This document shows, piece by piece, positions 31,467 to 41,398 of a stretch of 64,000 nt of DNA; the stretch's first letter is position 1, and the number at the start of each line of letters is the position of its first letter. A program made the translations under genes and the position numbers. The notes under the pieces were generated by a model. It was not told the origin of the DNA. It saw nothing but the letters and a program-made list of their open reading frames with translations, and did no database searches. The stretch comes from Alphaproteobacteria bacterium (GTDB taxonomy: Bacteria; Pseudomonadota; Alphaproteobacteria; CAISOG01): the NCBI GenBank assembly GCA_044375625.1, contig JBILMH010000001.1, positions 8,667 to 72,666 on the forward strand. Reading direction: 5' to 3'.

Positions 31467-32348
31467 ATGATAACAAGCTCTGTTCAATCTGGCGCGGTGC
31501 AGCTGCCTGAAATGGCTGATACCGAACACTTCCAGTTCTCTGATCGTGGTTTCGAACCGATTGTGGTGGAATCCATGGAGATTCGCCTGGCCAGAACCCC
31601 TGAGGAGGTTTTGGCATCGCAACGGCTGCGCTATGAGGTGTTTTATGAAGAAATGGGGGCAACCCCCATTCGCCAGATGGCAGAATTGCGCCGTGACTAT
31701 GATGCCTATGACCGCTACTGCGACCATTTGTTGGTGTTCGATCGTAGGCGGCCAGAGGGCGCACAGGTGGTGGGCACCTATCGCCTGATTACCCGCGACG
31801 TTGCCAAACAAATGGGACAATTTTACTCAGCCAGTGAGTATGATATCAGCAAGATTTTGGACTATCCTGGTGAGCTTTTGGAGTTTGGTCGTTCCTGCGT
31901 GATGCGTAGCTATCGGACGTTCCCGGTGATGCAACTGCTGTGGCGCGGGATTGCCGCCTATATCTTTACCCACCAGGTGGAAATGATGTTTGGGGTGGCC
32001 AGCTTCCCTGGTCAGGATGTGCAGGCGCTTCGCGAACCGCTGAGCTTTCTGTATCACCATCATTTGGCACCAATTGAGCGGCGGGCGGTCTGTTTGCCCC
32101 AACATTATGTCGATATGAACCTGTTGCCTTCAGATCAGGTGCACACCAAGTCGGTGATGAATAAGCTGCCCCCCCTGATTAAGGGGTATTTGCGGGTGGG
32201 TGCCTGGGTGGGCGATGGTGCCTATATCGATCGGCAATGGAATTCTGTTGATGTCTTTATTTTGGTGAAGACTGATAAAATTACCCCGAAATACATGGAA
32301 CATTATGGCTTAAGCGGGGTTGTCAACGATCCACTTTTGCCAGAGTAG
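31467..32348 (+). CDS. olsB: ornithine-lipid biosynthesis N-acyltransferase OlsB-like (GNAT/hemolysin-like)
   Basis: ~295 aa with …RLRYEVFYEEMGA… and …VGTYRLI…, directly upstream of a PlsC-type acyltransferase, as in olsBA operons. Confidence 0.7.
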   Translation: MITSSVQSGAVQLPEMADTEHFQFSDRGFEPIVVESMEIRLARTPEEVLASQRLRYEVFYEEMGATPIRQMAELRRDYDAYDRYCDHLLVFDRRRPEGAQVVGTYRLITRDVAKQMGQFYSASEYDISKILDYPGELLEFGRSCVMRSYRTFPVMQLLWRGIAAYIFTHQVEMMFGVASFPGQDVQALREPLSFLYHHHLAPIERRAVCLPQHYVDMNLLPSDQVHTKSVMNKLPPLIKGYLRVGAWVGDGAYIDRQWNSVDVFILVKTDKITPKYMEHYGLSGVVNDPLLPE

Positions 32349-32357
32349 GATAGGGCA

Positions 32358-33275
32358 GTGTTAGCGGTTGGCCGATTACTGGCGTTCGTGCTGGTCACCC
32401 TGCTGTTGATACCTGTGCAAGTGGTGATGTGCCGTTTGCCTGGTCGTGCCCCATTTTGGATTACCAAATTTTACCACCGACTTTGTTGCCGATTGTTTGG
32501 CATTCGCCGCATTGTGCGCGGGCGCCGCAAATTGCCTAAGGGCATGCCCCGCCTGATTGTTGCCAATCATCTATCCTATTTGGATATCACGGTGTTGGGA
32601 TCGCTGCTGCCTGCCAGTTTTATTGCCAAGTCCGAAATTGCCAAATGGCCTTTATTTGGTTTGTTGGCCAAGCTGCAAAAATCCCTGTTTGTCAAACGCA
32701 GCTCAGAACAAACCGCCAAACAACTGCATGATATGCGGGCACGTTTTCACAATGGCGACACCCTGATTTTGTTTGCTGAGGGAACGTCGGGGGATGGAAC
32801 GCGGCTGTTGCCCTTTAAGTCATCGCTGTTTGGCATTATCAACAGGTTGGATGACCAGCCGTTGGTGGTGCAACCCGTGGTGATCAGCTATGTCGCCTGC
32901 AACGGTATTCCGGTTGGCCGTAACGAGCTGCCCCATCTGGCCTGGTATGGGGATATGAGTATTTTGAGCCACGGATGGAACATGCTAAAAATTGGTCGTA
33001 TCCAGGTGCTGATAGACTTTTTGGATCCGATGACGGTTCAGGCTAGCGATAACCGTAAGCGGATTAGCGAGCAGTGCTTTGAGGTGATGCGCCAAACCTA
33101 TGAACAGAATATGCGTAGCTGGTCAGCGGTGGATGGCATCCCCAGGCGACCACGCAGCCTGCGCCAACGCCTAAGCCGTAAGCCGATGGCGGCGATTGCC
33201 GCTACCCCTGCTGCTCCTGCCAGCACCGCATCCGCAACAAAAGTGCCTTCCCCCGACAATCAGGCCGTGGCCTAA
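32358..33275 (+). CDS. olsA: lyso-ornithine lipid O-acyltransferase OlsA-like (PlsC/LPLAT family)
   Basis: HX4D motif (IVANHLSYLDI) and FAEGTSGDG motif, with an N-terminal TM segment. Confidence 0.75.
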   Translation: MLAVGRLLAFVLVTLLLIPVQVVMCRLPGRAPFWITKFYHRLCCRLFGIRRIVRGRRKLPKGMPRLIVANHLSYLDITVLGSLLPASFIAKSEIAKWPLFGLLAKLQKSLFVKRSSEQTAKQLHDMRARFHNGDTLILFAEGTSGDGTRLLPFKSSLFGIINRLDDQPLVVQPVVISYVACNGIPVGRNELPHLAWYGDMSILSHGWNMLKIGRIQVLIDFLDPMTVQASDNRKRISEQCFEVMRQTYEQNMRSWSAVDGIPRRPRSLRQRLSRKPMAAIAATPAAPASTASATKVPSPDNQAVA

Positions 33276-33280
33276 TTGGG

Positions 33281-33736
33281 ATGGAAGCGGCGGAAGGATT
33301 AGAGAGGGCGGTGGCGATGGCGGCATCCGATCTGCTGGTACGGGCGGGGCAGCCCGCCGATCTACCCTGGCTGAATCAGGTTAGTCCTGAGTCACAGGCG
33401 GCGTGGCGTGATGCCTTTGGTGCCAACCCGCCGTTGGCGCTGTTGATTGCTGAGCTGGCGGGGCATCCCGTGGGCTATTTGGCGCATCATCCGGGTTATA
33501 ACGTCGAAACGGCGGAGCGCGGCTGGCACATCATCGACCTGTTGGTGATGCCGTCGCATCGTCGCCAGGGGGTGGCCAGCGCGCTGTTCGCCATCGCCCG
33601 CCATCAGTGCAGGCAGGAAGGCGGGGGGTGGATGAGCTGGACAATTGATCTTAGCAATCATGATGCCCAAGCGTTTTACCGTCGTCATGGTGCCCATGTA
33701 ACGTCAAGCTTGCGAATCATGCATGTCCATTGCTAA
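33281..33736 (+). CDS. GNAT-family N-acetyltransferase
   Basis: …VMPSHRRQGVASALFAIARHQCRQEGG… (Q/RxxGxA acetyl-CoA binding motif). Confidence 0.7.
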   Translation: MEAAEGLERAVAMAASDLLVRAGQPADLPWLNQVSPESQAAWRDAFGANPPLALLIAELAGHPVGYLAHHPGYNVETAERGWHIIDLLVMPSHRRQGVASALFAIARHQCRQEGGGWMSWTIDLSNHDAQAFYRRHGAHVTSSLRIMHVHC

Positions 33737-33797
33737 AACCATTTTTGGTTGAAACTGCTTTGGGTGGATTTTTTGGGGAAAAAGGACGGGAAACAAC

Positions 33798-35231
33798 ATG
33801 ACCAACAAAAAACTGTATATCAAAACCTATGGTTGCCAGATGAATGTTTATGATTCTGGCAAAATGGCTGACGCGCTGTCGGTGCAGGGCTATGAGATGA
33901 CAGAGCAGGTGGCGGATGCCGATATGGTGGTCATCAACACTTGTCATATTCGGGAAAAGGCGGCGGAAAAGCTGTATTCCGATCTGGGGCGTCTTAAACC
34001 CTTTAAGCTGGCACGGCGGGAGCAGGGGCAGGACATGATCATCACCGTCGCGGGCTGCGTCGCGCAGGCCGAGGGGGCGGAGGTGTTTGAGCGCGCCCCC
34101 TTTGTGGATATTGTGGTCGGATCCCAGGCCTATCACCGCCTGCCCGCAATGGTGGGGGAGGCGGAGTCGATGCACCGCGCCGGGCGCAAGGTTCGCCGCC
34201 GCCTGTTGGACACCGATTTCCCCAGTGAGAGCAAATTTGATGACCTGCCCGCCGCGCAGACGGGCAACATTTCCGCCTTTTTAGCGGTGCAGGAAGGGTG
34301 CGACAAGTTTTGCAGCTTTTGCGTGGTGCCCTATACCCGTGGCGCGGAGTTTTCGCGTCCAGCCGATCAGATTCTGGCGGAGGCGCGCAATTTGGTGGCA
34401 AAGGGGGGGCGCGAAATCACCCTGTTAGGGCAAAATGTTAACGCCTGGCATGGGATTGCCCCCACTGCCGCCAGCCATGCGGCTGGCAGTTCAGAATGGG
34501 GATTGGGACGGCTGATTCAGGAGTTGGCGGAGATTCCTGGCCTGGCACGCCTACGTTACACCACCAGTCACCCGCGTGACATGGCCGATGACCTAATCGC
34601 CGCGCATGCCGAGGTGCCGCAACTGATGCCCTATCTGCACCTGCCCGTCCAGTCAGGCTCCGATGCCATTCTTAAGGCGATGAACCGCAAACACAACGCC
34701 GATGACTATCGCCGCCTGGTGGATCGGATTCGCGCCGCCGCCCCCAACCTGGCGCTGTCTTCAGACTTTATTGTCGGTTTTCCTGGCGAAAGTGATGCGG
34801 ATTTTGCCGACACCCTGCGCCTAATCCGCGATGTTACCTATGCCCAGGCCTTTTCCTTTGCCTACAGCGTGCGGCCAGGTACGCCGGCGGGCGAAATGGG
34901 CGCGCAACTGTCGCGCCAGGTTAAGGAGGAACGCTTGGCGGAGCTGCAAGCCCTGCTGCGTGACCAACAGACCGCCTTTAACCAAAGCAAGATTGGGCAG
35001 GTGATGCCCGTGCTGTTTGTTGAGGCGGGGCGGAAGCCTGGCCAGCTGTTGGGCAAATCGCCCTGGTTGCAATCCGTGCATCTGATGGGGGATCCGCGCC
35101 TGATTGGTCACATTCTGGACGTTCGGATTAAGGATGGCCACCTTAACAGCCTTAGCGGCGAATTCCTGATGACCGAGGGGGATGAGGATGATTGGGGCGA
35201 CGACCACGCCGCCTGCTGCGCGGGTCATTGA
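33798..35231 (+). CDS. miaB: tRNA-2-methylthio-N6-dimethylallyladenosine synthase
   Basis: [16 protein letters not shown]-terminus (UPF0004), a radical-SAM CxxxCxxC ([10 protein letters not shown]) and a C-terminal TRAM domain. Confidence 0.95.
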   Translation: MTNKKLYIKTYGCQMNVYDSGKMADALSVQGYEMTEQVADADMVVINTCHIREKAAEKLYSDLGRLKPFKLARREQGQDMIITVAGCVAQAEGAEVFERAPFVDIVVGSQAYHRLPAMVGEAESMHRAGRKVRRRLLDTDFPSESKFDDLPAAQTGNISAFLAVQEGCDKFCSFCVVPYTRGAEFSRPADQILAEARNLVAKGGREITLLGQNVNAWHGIAPTAASHAAGSSEWGLGRLIQELAEIPGLARLRYTTSHPRDMADDLIAAHAEVPQLMPYLHLPVQSGSDAILKAMNRKHNADDYRRLVDRIRAAAPNLALSSDFIVGFPGESDADFADTLRLIRDVTYAQAFSFAYSVRPGTPAGEMGAQLSRQVKEERLAELQALLRDQQTAFNQSKIGQVMPVLFVEAGRKPGQLLGKSPWLQSVHLMGDPRLIGHILDVRIKDGHLNSLSGEFLMTEGDEDDWGDDHAACCAGH

Positions 35232-35335
35232 TGGGGTGATAAAAAAATTCCCCAAATGTTCATTGTGTACAAACAAACAAAATGGTACAATTGCCCTTGG
35301 GTCAAACAAAATATTGTTTGTTGGAAAGGTGTGAC

Positions 35336-35605
35336 ATGAGCCGTATATCAATTGAAGTAAGTCCAGAGCAGCACCAACGCCTTAAGGCTTTTGCTGCTTT
35401 GCGCGGTGAAACTATCAAAGATTACATTTTGGGCTGTGCCTTGCCGCCATCAGCGTCTGCAGAGGTTTTGACGGAGGAACAGGCCTTGCAAGAGCTTGAG
35501 CAACTATTGCTTCCTCGTGTTGAAGCGATTAAACGCGGCGAGATCAGTGCCAAAAGCTTTGAGGAAATTATCGCCGAAGCACGCAATGAGGCGGCAGCGT
35601 TGTGA
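35336..35605 (+). CDS. parD: type II antitoxin, ParD/RHH-like
   Basis: Small protein MSRISIEVSPEQHQRLKAFAALRGETIKDYIL (ribbon-helix-helix-like) overlapping the downstream toxin. Confidence 0.6.
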   Translation: MSRISIEVSPEQHQRLKAFAALRGETIKDYILGCALPPSASAEVLTEEQALQELEQLLLPRVEAIKRGEISAKSFEEIIAEARNEAAAL

Positions 35606-35913
35606 AACCTTTTTGCATTTCTGTTGCAGCTGAAAAAGATTTAAAACAGATTTGGCGATATACCGCTCAACATTATGGTATATTGCAAGCGGATTTATAT
35701 ACTAATGTTCTGCTGTTAGGGTGTCAAAAAATCGCCCAGCAACCGTTGGTCTTTCTCTCTCTTAGATTGGCCAACCAAGATTTTAGAGTGTATCGATATA
35801 AGAATCATTATATTTTGTATTTAGTTGCTGATGATAAGGTTGTAATTGTTGCATTTTTTCATGAGCGCATGGATATAATGGTTCGACTAAGAGCAAGGTT
35901 AGAAAATAGTTAA
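35602..35913 (+). CDS. parE: type II toxin, ParE/RelE family
   Basis: 103 aa. The start overlaps the antitoxin stop (GTGA). Typical ParE layout (…AEKDLKQIWRYTAQHYG…VYRYKNHYILYLVADDKVVIVAFFHERMD); lower GC. Confidence 0.7.
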   Translation: MKPFCISVAAEKDLKQIWRYTAQHYGILQADLYTNVLLLGCQKIAQQPLVFLSLRLANQDFRVYRYKNHYILYLVADDKVVIVAFFHERMDIMVRLRARLENS

Positions 35914-36023
35914 AGAAAAGCCCCCCCCAAAGTTTTTTCGCCACCAGCCCCTCCGCATGGCTAGCCAAATGTGGTGGCGGGGGGTATGCTAAGGGAATAC
36001 AGCAACCCCCTACTGTTTTTGCC

Positions 36024-36998
36024 GTGTCACCACAACCACCCCCACCATCCTTAACGGCTAATGAGCCGTTGCATCTGCAATTCGACAACAACAGCCTGTT
36101 GCCCAATTTGTTTGGCCAGCATGAAGCGAATCTGCACCAAATCGAAAAATCTTTGGGCGTTACCCTGTCCACCCGTGGCAACCGCGTGGCGATTGCGGGT
36201 TCCCCCTCTATGGTGGAGGCCGCCCGTCAGGTGCTGATCCTGCTGTACGAACGCGCCAAGCGCGGCGTGGTGCTGGACGGGGGGGAGATTGATGCGGCAA
36301 TCCGCGCAACCGCCGCTGAGCCTGGCAACCAATTGTTTGTTGAGGGCGGCGGTATCAAAACCCGCAAACGCTATGTTGAACCACGCACCGCTGGCCAGCG
36401 CGCCTATGTTGAGGCGTTGCAGAAACATGACATGGTGTTCGGGGTGGGGCCCGCCGGGACGGGCAAAACCTATCTGGCGATGGCGATGGGGGTGGCGATG
36501 TTGGCCGCCAACCAGGTCGATCGCATCATCCTGTCACGGCCAGCGGTTGAGGCGGGGGAGCGGTTAGGATTTCTGCCCGGCGATCTTAAGGAAAAGGTCG
36601 ATCCCTATCTGCGGCCGCTGTACGACGCGCTGTACGACATGATGCCGTCGGATCAGGCCGCCAGGCGGATGGAAACGGGGGAGATTGAAATTGCGCCGCT
36701 GGCCTTTATGCGTGGCCGTACCCTGCACCACGCCTATGTAATTTTGGATGAGGCGCAAAACAGCACCACCGCACAAATGAAAATGTTCCTGACCCGTTTG
36801 GGGGAGGGGAGTAAGATGGTGATTACGGGGGATCTTACCCAAATCGACCTGCCATCGGGGCAACGGTCAGGCCTGGCGGAGGCGGTTGATATTCTGAACG
36901 GCGTGCCCGGCATTGCCATTACCCGCTTCACCGATCAGGATGTTGTGCGTCACCCATTGGTCGGTCGTATTATTCGAGCCTATGACGCAAAATCCTGA
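36024..36998 (+). CDS. phoH: PhoH-like ATPase (YbeZ)
   Basis: N-terminal KH-like region plus a P-loop NTPase (GVGPAGTGKTYLAMAMGV). phoH-ybeY-corC is a conserved operon. Confidence 0.9.
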   Translation: MSPQPPPPSLTANEPLHLQFDNNSLLPNLFGQHEANLHQIEKSLGVTLSTRGNRVAIAGSPSMVEAARQVLILLYERAKRGVVLDGGEIDAAIRATAAEPGNQLFVEGGGIKTRKRYVEPRTAGQRAYVEALQKHDMVFGVGPAGTGKTYLAMAMGVAMLAANQVDRIILSRPAVEAGERLGFLPGDLKEKVDPYLRPLYDALYDMMPSDQAARRMETGEIEIAPLAFMRGRTLHHAYVILDEAQNSTTAQMKMFLTRLGEGSKMVITGDLTQIDLPSGQRSGLAEAVDILNGVPGIAITRFTDQDVVRHPLVGRIIRAYDAKS

Positions 36999-37551
36999 TT
37001 CGGCTATGCCACCCAATATCCCGATAAATCTTATCATCGATGATGCCGATTGGGAGCAGATGTTGCCCGACGCGTTGGCTGTTGCAGGGCAGGCGTGGCA
37101 GCAGGTGGCGGCGCTTCACCCAGAGCTGACCAAGCATCGGATCGACATCGTGTTGGCGGATGATGACTTGCTGCACCAACTCAACCGCGACCATCGGGGG
37201 CGGGATAAGCCCACCAACGTGCTATCCTTTTCCTACGGCGATGACGATGCGCCCCCCGTGCCTGTCGAACAGCTGGCCGAACAGATGGCCGAGCAACCAA
37301 CGGGGGAGCTGTATTTGGCTGCGGGCGTGGTGGCGGCTGAGGCGGCGGCGGCGGGGCTGTCGATCGCGCATCATTTTGCCCATTTGATTGTTCACGGTTT
37401 GTTACATTTGTTGGGTTACGATCATGAGCTGGATGAGGAAGCGGAGGAAATGGAAGCCTTGGAAACAAAAATTCTGGCGCAAATGGGCATTGCCAACCCC
37501 TATGACGCTTGCGACACCAACCATAAGACACCAGGCAGGATCCCATCATGA
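36982..37551 (+). CDS. ybeY: endoribonuclease YbeY (rRNA maturation factor)
   Basis: Zinc-binding motif HLIVHGLLHLLGYDHE. Confidence 0.9.
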   Translation: MTQNPDSAMPPNIPINLIIDDADWEQMLPDALAVAGQAWQQVAALHPELTKHRIDIVLADDDLLHQLNRDHRGRDKPTNVLSFSYGDDDAPPVPVEQLAEQMAEQPTGELYLAAGVVAAEAAAAGLSIAHHFAHLIVHGLLHLLGYDHELDEEAEEMEALETKILAQMGIANPYDACDTNHKTPGRIPS

Positions 37552-38423
37552 CCACCATTTGGCGCAGCATTGTTCATAAGCTTAAGCCTGAATCGGGTGA
37601 GCCAGGCTTACGCGCCGCCCTGGAGGGGTTGATTGAGGATCATAGCGATAACACCCGCCCCCTGGGGGAGGAGGAGAGGGAGCTGATCGCCAACACCATT
37701 AAGCTGCGCAACCTGACCGTGCGCGATGTGATGGTGCCCCGCCCCGACATTCTGGCCATTGATGAGGATGTGACGATTAAGGATTATTTGGCGTTGCAGG
37801 GGGATGATGGATTCTCACGCCTGCCGGTGTACCGCGAAACCCTGGATAACGTTATCGGCATGGTGCATATCAAAGACCTGTTGCCGCACTGGGGCGAAAC
37901 CGCGACCCCGATTAAAGACCTGATCCGTGAGGTTTTGTATGTGCCGCCATCGATGCAGGCCTATGATTTGCTGTTCCAGATGAAGCTGACCCGCACCCAT
38001 TTGGCGGTGGTGGTCGATGAATTTGGTGGCACCGACGGCCTGGTCACCATCTCTGACCTGATTGAGGAAATTGTTGGCGAAATTGAAGATGAACATGACG
38101 CGGCGGATCAGGGCAACATCTCCAGCCGCAACGATGGCAGCTTTTTTGTGCGCGCCCGCACCCCGTTGGAGGAGTTGGATCAATCGCTGAATTTAAATTT
38201 GGCCGAAGAGGTTGAGGAGGATATCGACACCGTTGGCGGCCTGGTCAGCACCCTGGCGGGTGAAATTCCCAAACGGGGGCAGGTGGTCGAACTGCCCGAA
38301 AAAAATCTAAGCTTTGAGGTGTTGGATGGCGACGGCCGCCGCCTGAAATGGCTGCGGGTTTGGGTAAACGCTGGCTCTGGCGCCGATGTTGGGGGTGGGG
38401 CAGGGGGTGGTACGGCTTCTTAA
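37548..38423 (+). CDS. corC: HlyC/CorC family transporter-associated protein (CBS pair + CorC_HlyC domain)
   Basis: CBS-domain region followed by the transporter-associated domain, overlapping the ybeY stop. It carries an unusual Gly-rich C-terminal tail. Confidence 0.85.
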   Translation: MTTIWRSIVHKLKPESGEPGLRAALEGLIEDHSDNTRPLGEEERELIANTIKLRNLTVRDVMVPRPDILAIDEDVTIKDYLALQGDDGFSRLPVYRETLDNVIGMVHIKDLLPHWGETATPIKDLIREVLYVPPSMQAYDLLFQMKLTRTHLAVVVDEFGGTDGLVTISDLIEEIVGEIEDEHDAADQGNISSRNDGSFFVRARTPLEELDQSLNLNLAEEVEEDIDTVGGLVSTLAGEIPKRGQVVELPEKNLSFEVLDGDGRRLKWLRVWVNAGSGADVGGGAGGGTAS

Positions 38424-38425
38424 AG

Positions 38426-39100
38426 CTTTTTTCAGGTCGGTTGCCCGCTTTTGTTCCCCTCCCTTGTTTTTTTTGTTCCCCCTCCCCCAACCTCCTCCCG
38501 CCAGGGGAGGGGGAATATCTGAACACACTCTCTCCGCATGGGGAGGGGGAATACACTCCACCCTTGCACTGGGGGATTGTTGTCGCGCCGCTCTAATGCT
38601 ATGAAAATGATACGAAAAACACTCCACCCTTGCGGGGGAGTCGCGGGGCGCAAGCCCAGCGGTGGGGGGTAAGTAGGGCTTCGTCATCTCCGTGTTTTTT
38701 GAAAAGGGGGGCGGAGATCCAGAGCCCTGTTGTCGCTTTTCCAAGCCCTAGCACCGCATGGATCCCCCGCCTTCGCGGAGGATGATAACTTGAGAAGGCC
38801 TTTTCAGTTTTGTCATCCTAGCCCCGCCTTTTCCGCCGCGCCGCTGTCATCCTACTCCTTGTGAGTAGGATCTCCTTACCGTCCGTGCCGCTTGTACAGC
38901 GGTTAGGATTTGAGATTCTACCCATAAAGGGTAGAATGACATTGTGATGTGGATGCATCGCACTCATCCACTCCGCCTCTCCGCCGTCATCTCCGTGTTT
39001 TTTTGAAAAGGGGGGCGGAGATCCAGAGCCCTGTTGCCGCCTTTCCGCGCCCTAGCATCGCATGGATCCCCCGCTTTCGCAGAGGATGACAGTCTATCCC
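38426..39100. repeat. composite intergenic repeat region: ~108-bp direct repeat (38681..38786 and 38985..39092) with terminal inverted repeats flanking palindromic elements shared with 30126..30290
   Basis: The two ~108-bp copies are ~95% identical and begin/end TCATCTCCG…CGGAGGATGA. The internal elements GTCATCCTACTCCTTGTGAGTAGGATCTCC and GATTCTACCCATAAAGGGTAGAATGACATTGTGA are near-identical to the recA-ilvE intergenic copies. Confidence 0.85.
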
Positions 39101-39101
39101 C

Positions 39102-39968
39102 CTATTTCTTGCCGCCACCTTGATCCATGAACTTAAAGAATCGGCTGTTGGGGGACAGGATAAGGCTGGTATCGCTGTTGGCCAGGCTGTTGCGATAAGC
39201 CTCCAACGAACGGTAATAGCTGTAAAATTCGGGATCGATGTTCAGGGCGTCGGCATAGTTTTTAATCGCCTCCGCATCACCCTCCCCCCGCAATTTTTGC
39301 GCATCGCGGGTGGCCTCAGCCAATAGGATGGTGCGCTCACGGTCAGCGTTGGCGCGAATTTCTGCCCCCATTTGCGCGCCCTTAGCCCGAAATTCTTTGG
39401 CTTCACGATCCCGCTCACTGATCATGCGGTTGTAGATAGCCTGGCTGGTTTCCTGCGGCAGGTCGGCACGGCGAATCCGCACATCGACAATTTCTATGCC
39501 AAAGGGGCGACTGGCCTCACCCACCTCACCGCGAATATCGGCCATAATCCGCACCCGATCGTCTGACAGCACGCTGCCCAGGCTGACATTGCCCAACACC
39601 CGCCGCACGCTGGAATCAATAATGTTGCTAAGACGAATATCGGCGTTGTTCTCATTCCGCACGGTTTGGAAAAATTTCAACGGATCCTTGATGGCATAGC
39701 GGGCAAAGGTATCGACCTCAATCCTCTTTTGGTCCGCCAGGGTGATTTGCTTGCCAGACGGTTCCACATCCAACAACCGCTTGTCAAAGCGCATCACCTC
39801 CTCCCACGGCAATTTGGCCTTAAGCCCAGGGGTTTGGATAACCCGTTTGGCCTCACCAAATTGCAGGACAAGTGCCTGTTCTGTCTCCTGAATCGTGAAC
39901 AGGCTGCTGCTGACCAGCATCAACAGGGCAAAGCCTGCAAACAGAGCGATCAATTGTTGCCTAGGCAT
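39102..39968 (-). CDS. hflC: protease modulator HflC (SPFH/band 7)
   Basis: N-terminal TM segment plus an SPFH domain. It lies immediately downstream of hflK with touching coordinates. Confidence 0.9.
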   Translation of the reverse strand: MPRQQLIALFAGFALLMLVSSSLFTIQETEQALVLQFGEAKRVIQTPGLKAKLPWEEVMRFDKRLLDVEPSGKQITLADQKRIEVDTFARYAIKDPLKFFQTVRNENNADIRLSNIIDSSVRRVLGNVSLGSVLSDDRVRIMADIRGEVGEASRPFGIEIVDVRIRRADLPQETSQAIYNRMISERDREAKEFRAKGAQMGAEIRANADRERTILLAEATRDAQKLRGEGDAEAIKNYADALNIDPEFYSYYRSLEAYRNSLANSDTSLILSPNSRFFKFMDQGGGKK

Positions 39969-41209
39969 TAGCGGCCTCCATCAGTTTTTGGTGGGTTGCT
40001 GGCCGGTGCGCCGCCAGATCCGTTGCCCAGGCCGTTCAGCGGCAGATAAGGAACCACTCCGTGACTGGATGCCGATGGATCCACCACCACCTTGCGGGCG
40101 TTTTTCAACACCTGCTCCATGGTTTCCAGATACATCCGTTCCCGCGTCACCTCGCGCGAGGATTTGTAGGCGTTGTACACCGATAGATAGCGTTCGGCGT
40201 CCCCCTTAGCGGCGTTAATCACCTGTTCGCGATAGGCGGCAGCATCCTGACGGAATTTGGCCGCCTCCCCCCGTGCGCGGGGCAGAATATCGTTGCGATA
40301 ACCCTCAGCCTCATTGGCCATCCGTTCCATATCGGCGCGGGCGCGTTGCACCTCATTAAAGGCATCAACAACTTGCGAGGGGGGATCCACCGCCTGCAAC
40401 TGCACCTGGCTGATGGTAATGCCCGTTTGATACTCATCCAACAGCCGTTGCATCAGCGATTGCACATCGGTTTCGATGCGGTTGCGCCCCTCCGTAAAGG
40501 CCTTTTGGATGGCGGTCTGGCCGATAATTTCCCGCATTGCGCTTTGCGCCACCATCTGAATAGTTTTTTCAGGATCCTGCAGGCGGAAAAGATATTTTTC
40601 TGGATCACCAATCCGCCACAGCACGGTGAAATCGATATCCACCAAATTTTCATCGCCCGTCAGCATGATATTGGTGCCGCGATCATCGCGATTGGTATCC
40701 TTGCCGCGCCGCGTTTCAGAGGTTTGGCGCGACCCAATTTCTAGGCGGTTTTCGCGGGTAACATAGGGCAACTTCACCGATTCGATGGGATAGGGCAGGT
40801 GAAAGCGCAAGCCTGGTTGGGTGGTGCGGACATAGGCGCCAAAGCGCAGCACGACGCCCTGCTGATCCGGCTGAACCCGATAAAGTCCTGTGGAGAGCCA
40901 CAGCAGCAGGAACACAAGGCCAGCTAGCAACAGCCCCTGCCGGCCGCTGCCCGCGCTGCCACCACCACCGCCTGCACCACCAGCAAAAAATGGCCGTAAC
41001 TTTTGCTGCAGCTGACGCAACAGATCTTCCAGGTCGGGACCACCACTGCCACCACCGCCGCCAGGGCTGGGGCGACGGGGAGGCTCCTCAGGGCGACGAC
41101 CACCGCCGCCCCCCGTACCCCAAGGGTTGCCACCATTGCCAGTCCCCCAGGGGTTGTTCATATGTTTCCACATTATCAAAGCTTCTTTGCGTGACTTGGT
41201 TGGTGACAA
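39968..41209 (-). CDS. hflK: protease modulator HflK (SPFH/band 7) with Gly-rich N-terminal region
   Basis: N-terminus MNNPWGTGNGGNPWGTGGGGG…, a TM segment and an SPFH domain (…DAFNEVQRARAD…). Confidence 0.9.
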   Translation of the reverse strand: MSPTKSRKEALIMWKHMNNPWGTGNGGNPWGTGGGGGRRPEEPPRRPSPGGGGGSGGPDLEDLLRQLQQKLRPFFAGGAGGGGGSAGSGRQGLLLAGLVFLLLWLSTGLYRVQPDQQGVVLRFGAYVRTTQPGLRFHLPYPIESVKLPYVTRENRLEIGSRQTSETRRGKDTNRDDRGTNIMLTGDENLVDIDFTVLWRIGDPEKYLFRLQDPEKTIQMVAQSAMREIIGQTAIQKAFTEGRNRIETDVQSLMQRLLDEYQTGITISQVQLQAVDPPSQVVDAFNEVQRARADMERMANEAEGYRNDILPRARGEAAKFRQDAAAYREQVINAAKGDAERYLSVYNAYKSSREVTRERMYLETMEQVLKNARKVVVDPSASSHGVVPYLPLNGLGNGSGGAPASNPPKTDGGR

Positions 41210-41398
41210 TCTACCATTTCACCCAATAGGGTGGACAGGCCAATTGCCGTTAAATTGCTTTGGCACTATAAAGGCAATACCGACGGCTGACAAGTTTTAT
41301 GACAAGCCTACCTACTGGCTATATCGCGGATTGTTGGCCAAAATATCCCATGATGGGATGCGCAAAAATAACAACTCTAATCTTGGCAATGCCCTTTA

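Noticed and set aside
38245-38744. Several 70-145-aa ORFs on both strands (38245..38556, 38307..38744, 38348..38596, 38386..38604, 38432..38653; also 30260..30555)
   Set aside because: They lie entirely within the palindromic/tandem repeat arrays. Their Pro/Gly-rich translations come from the C/G-run motifs, so they are not coding.
38426-39100. CRISPR array hypothesis for the repeat region
   Set aside because: The repeats are long (~108 bp), few (2), and internally palindromic with different flanking elements. There is no regular repeat-spacer periodicity and there are no cas genes.
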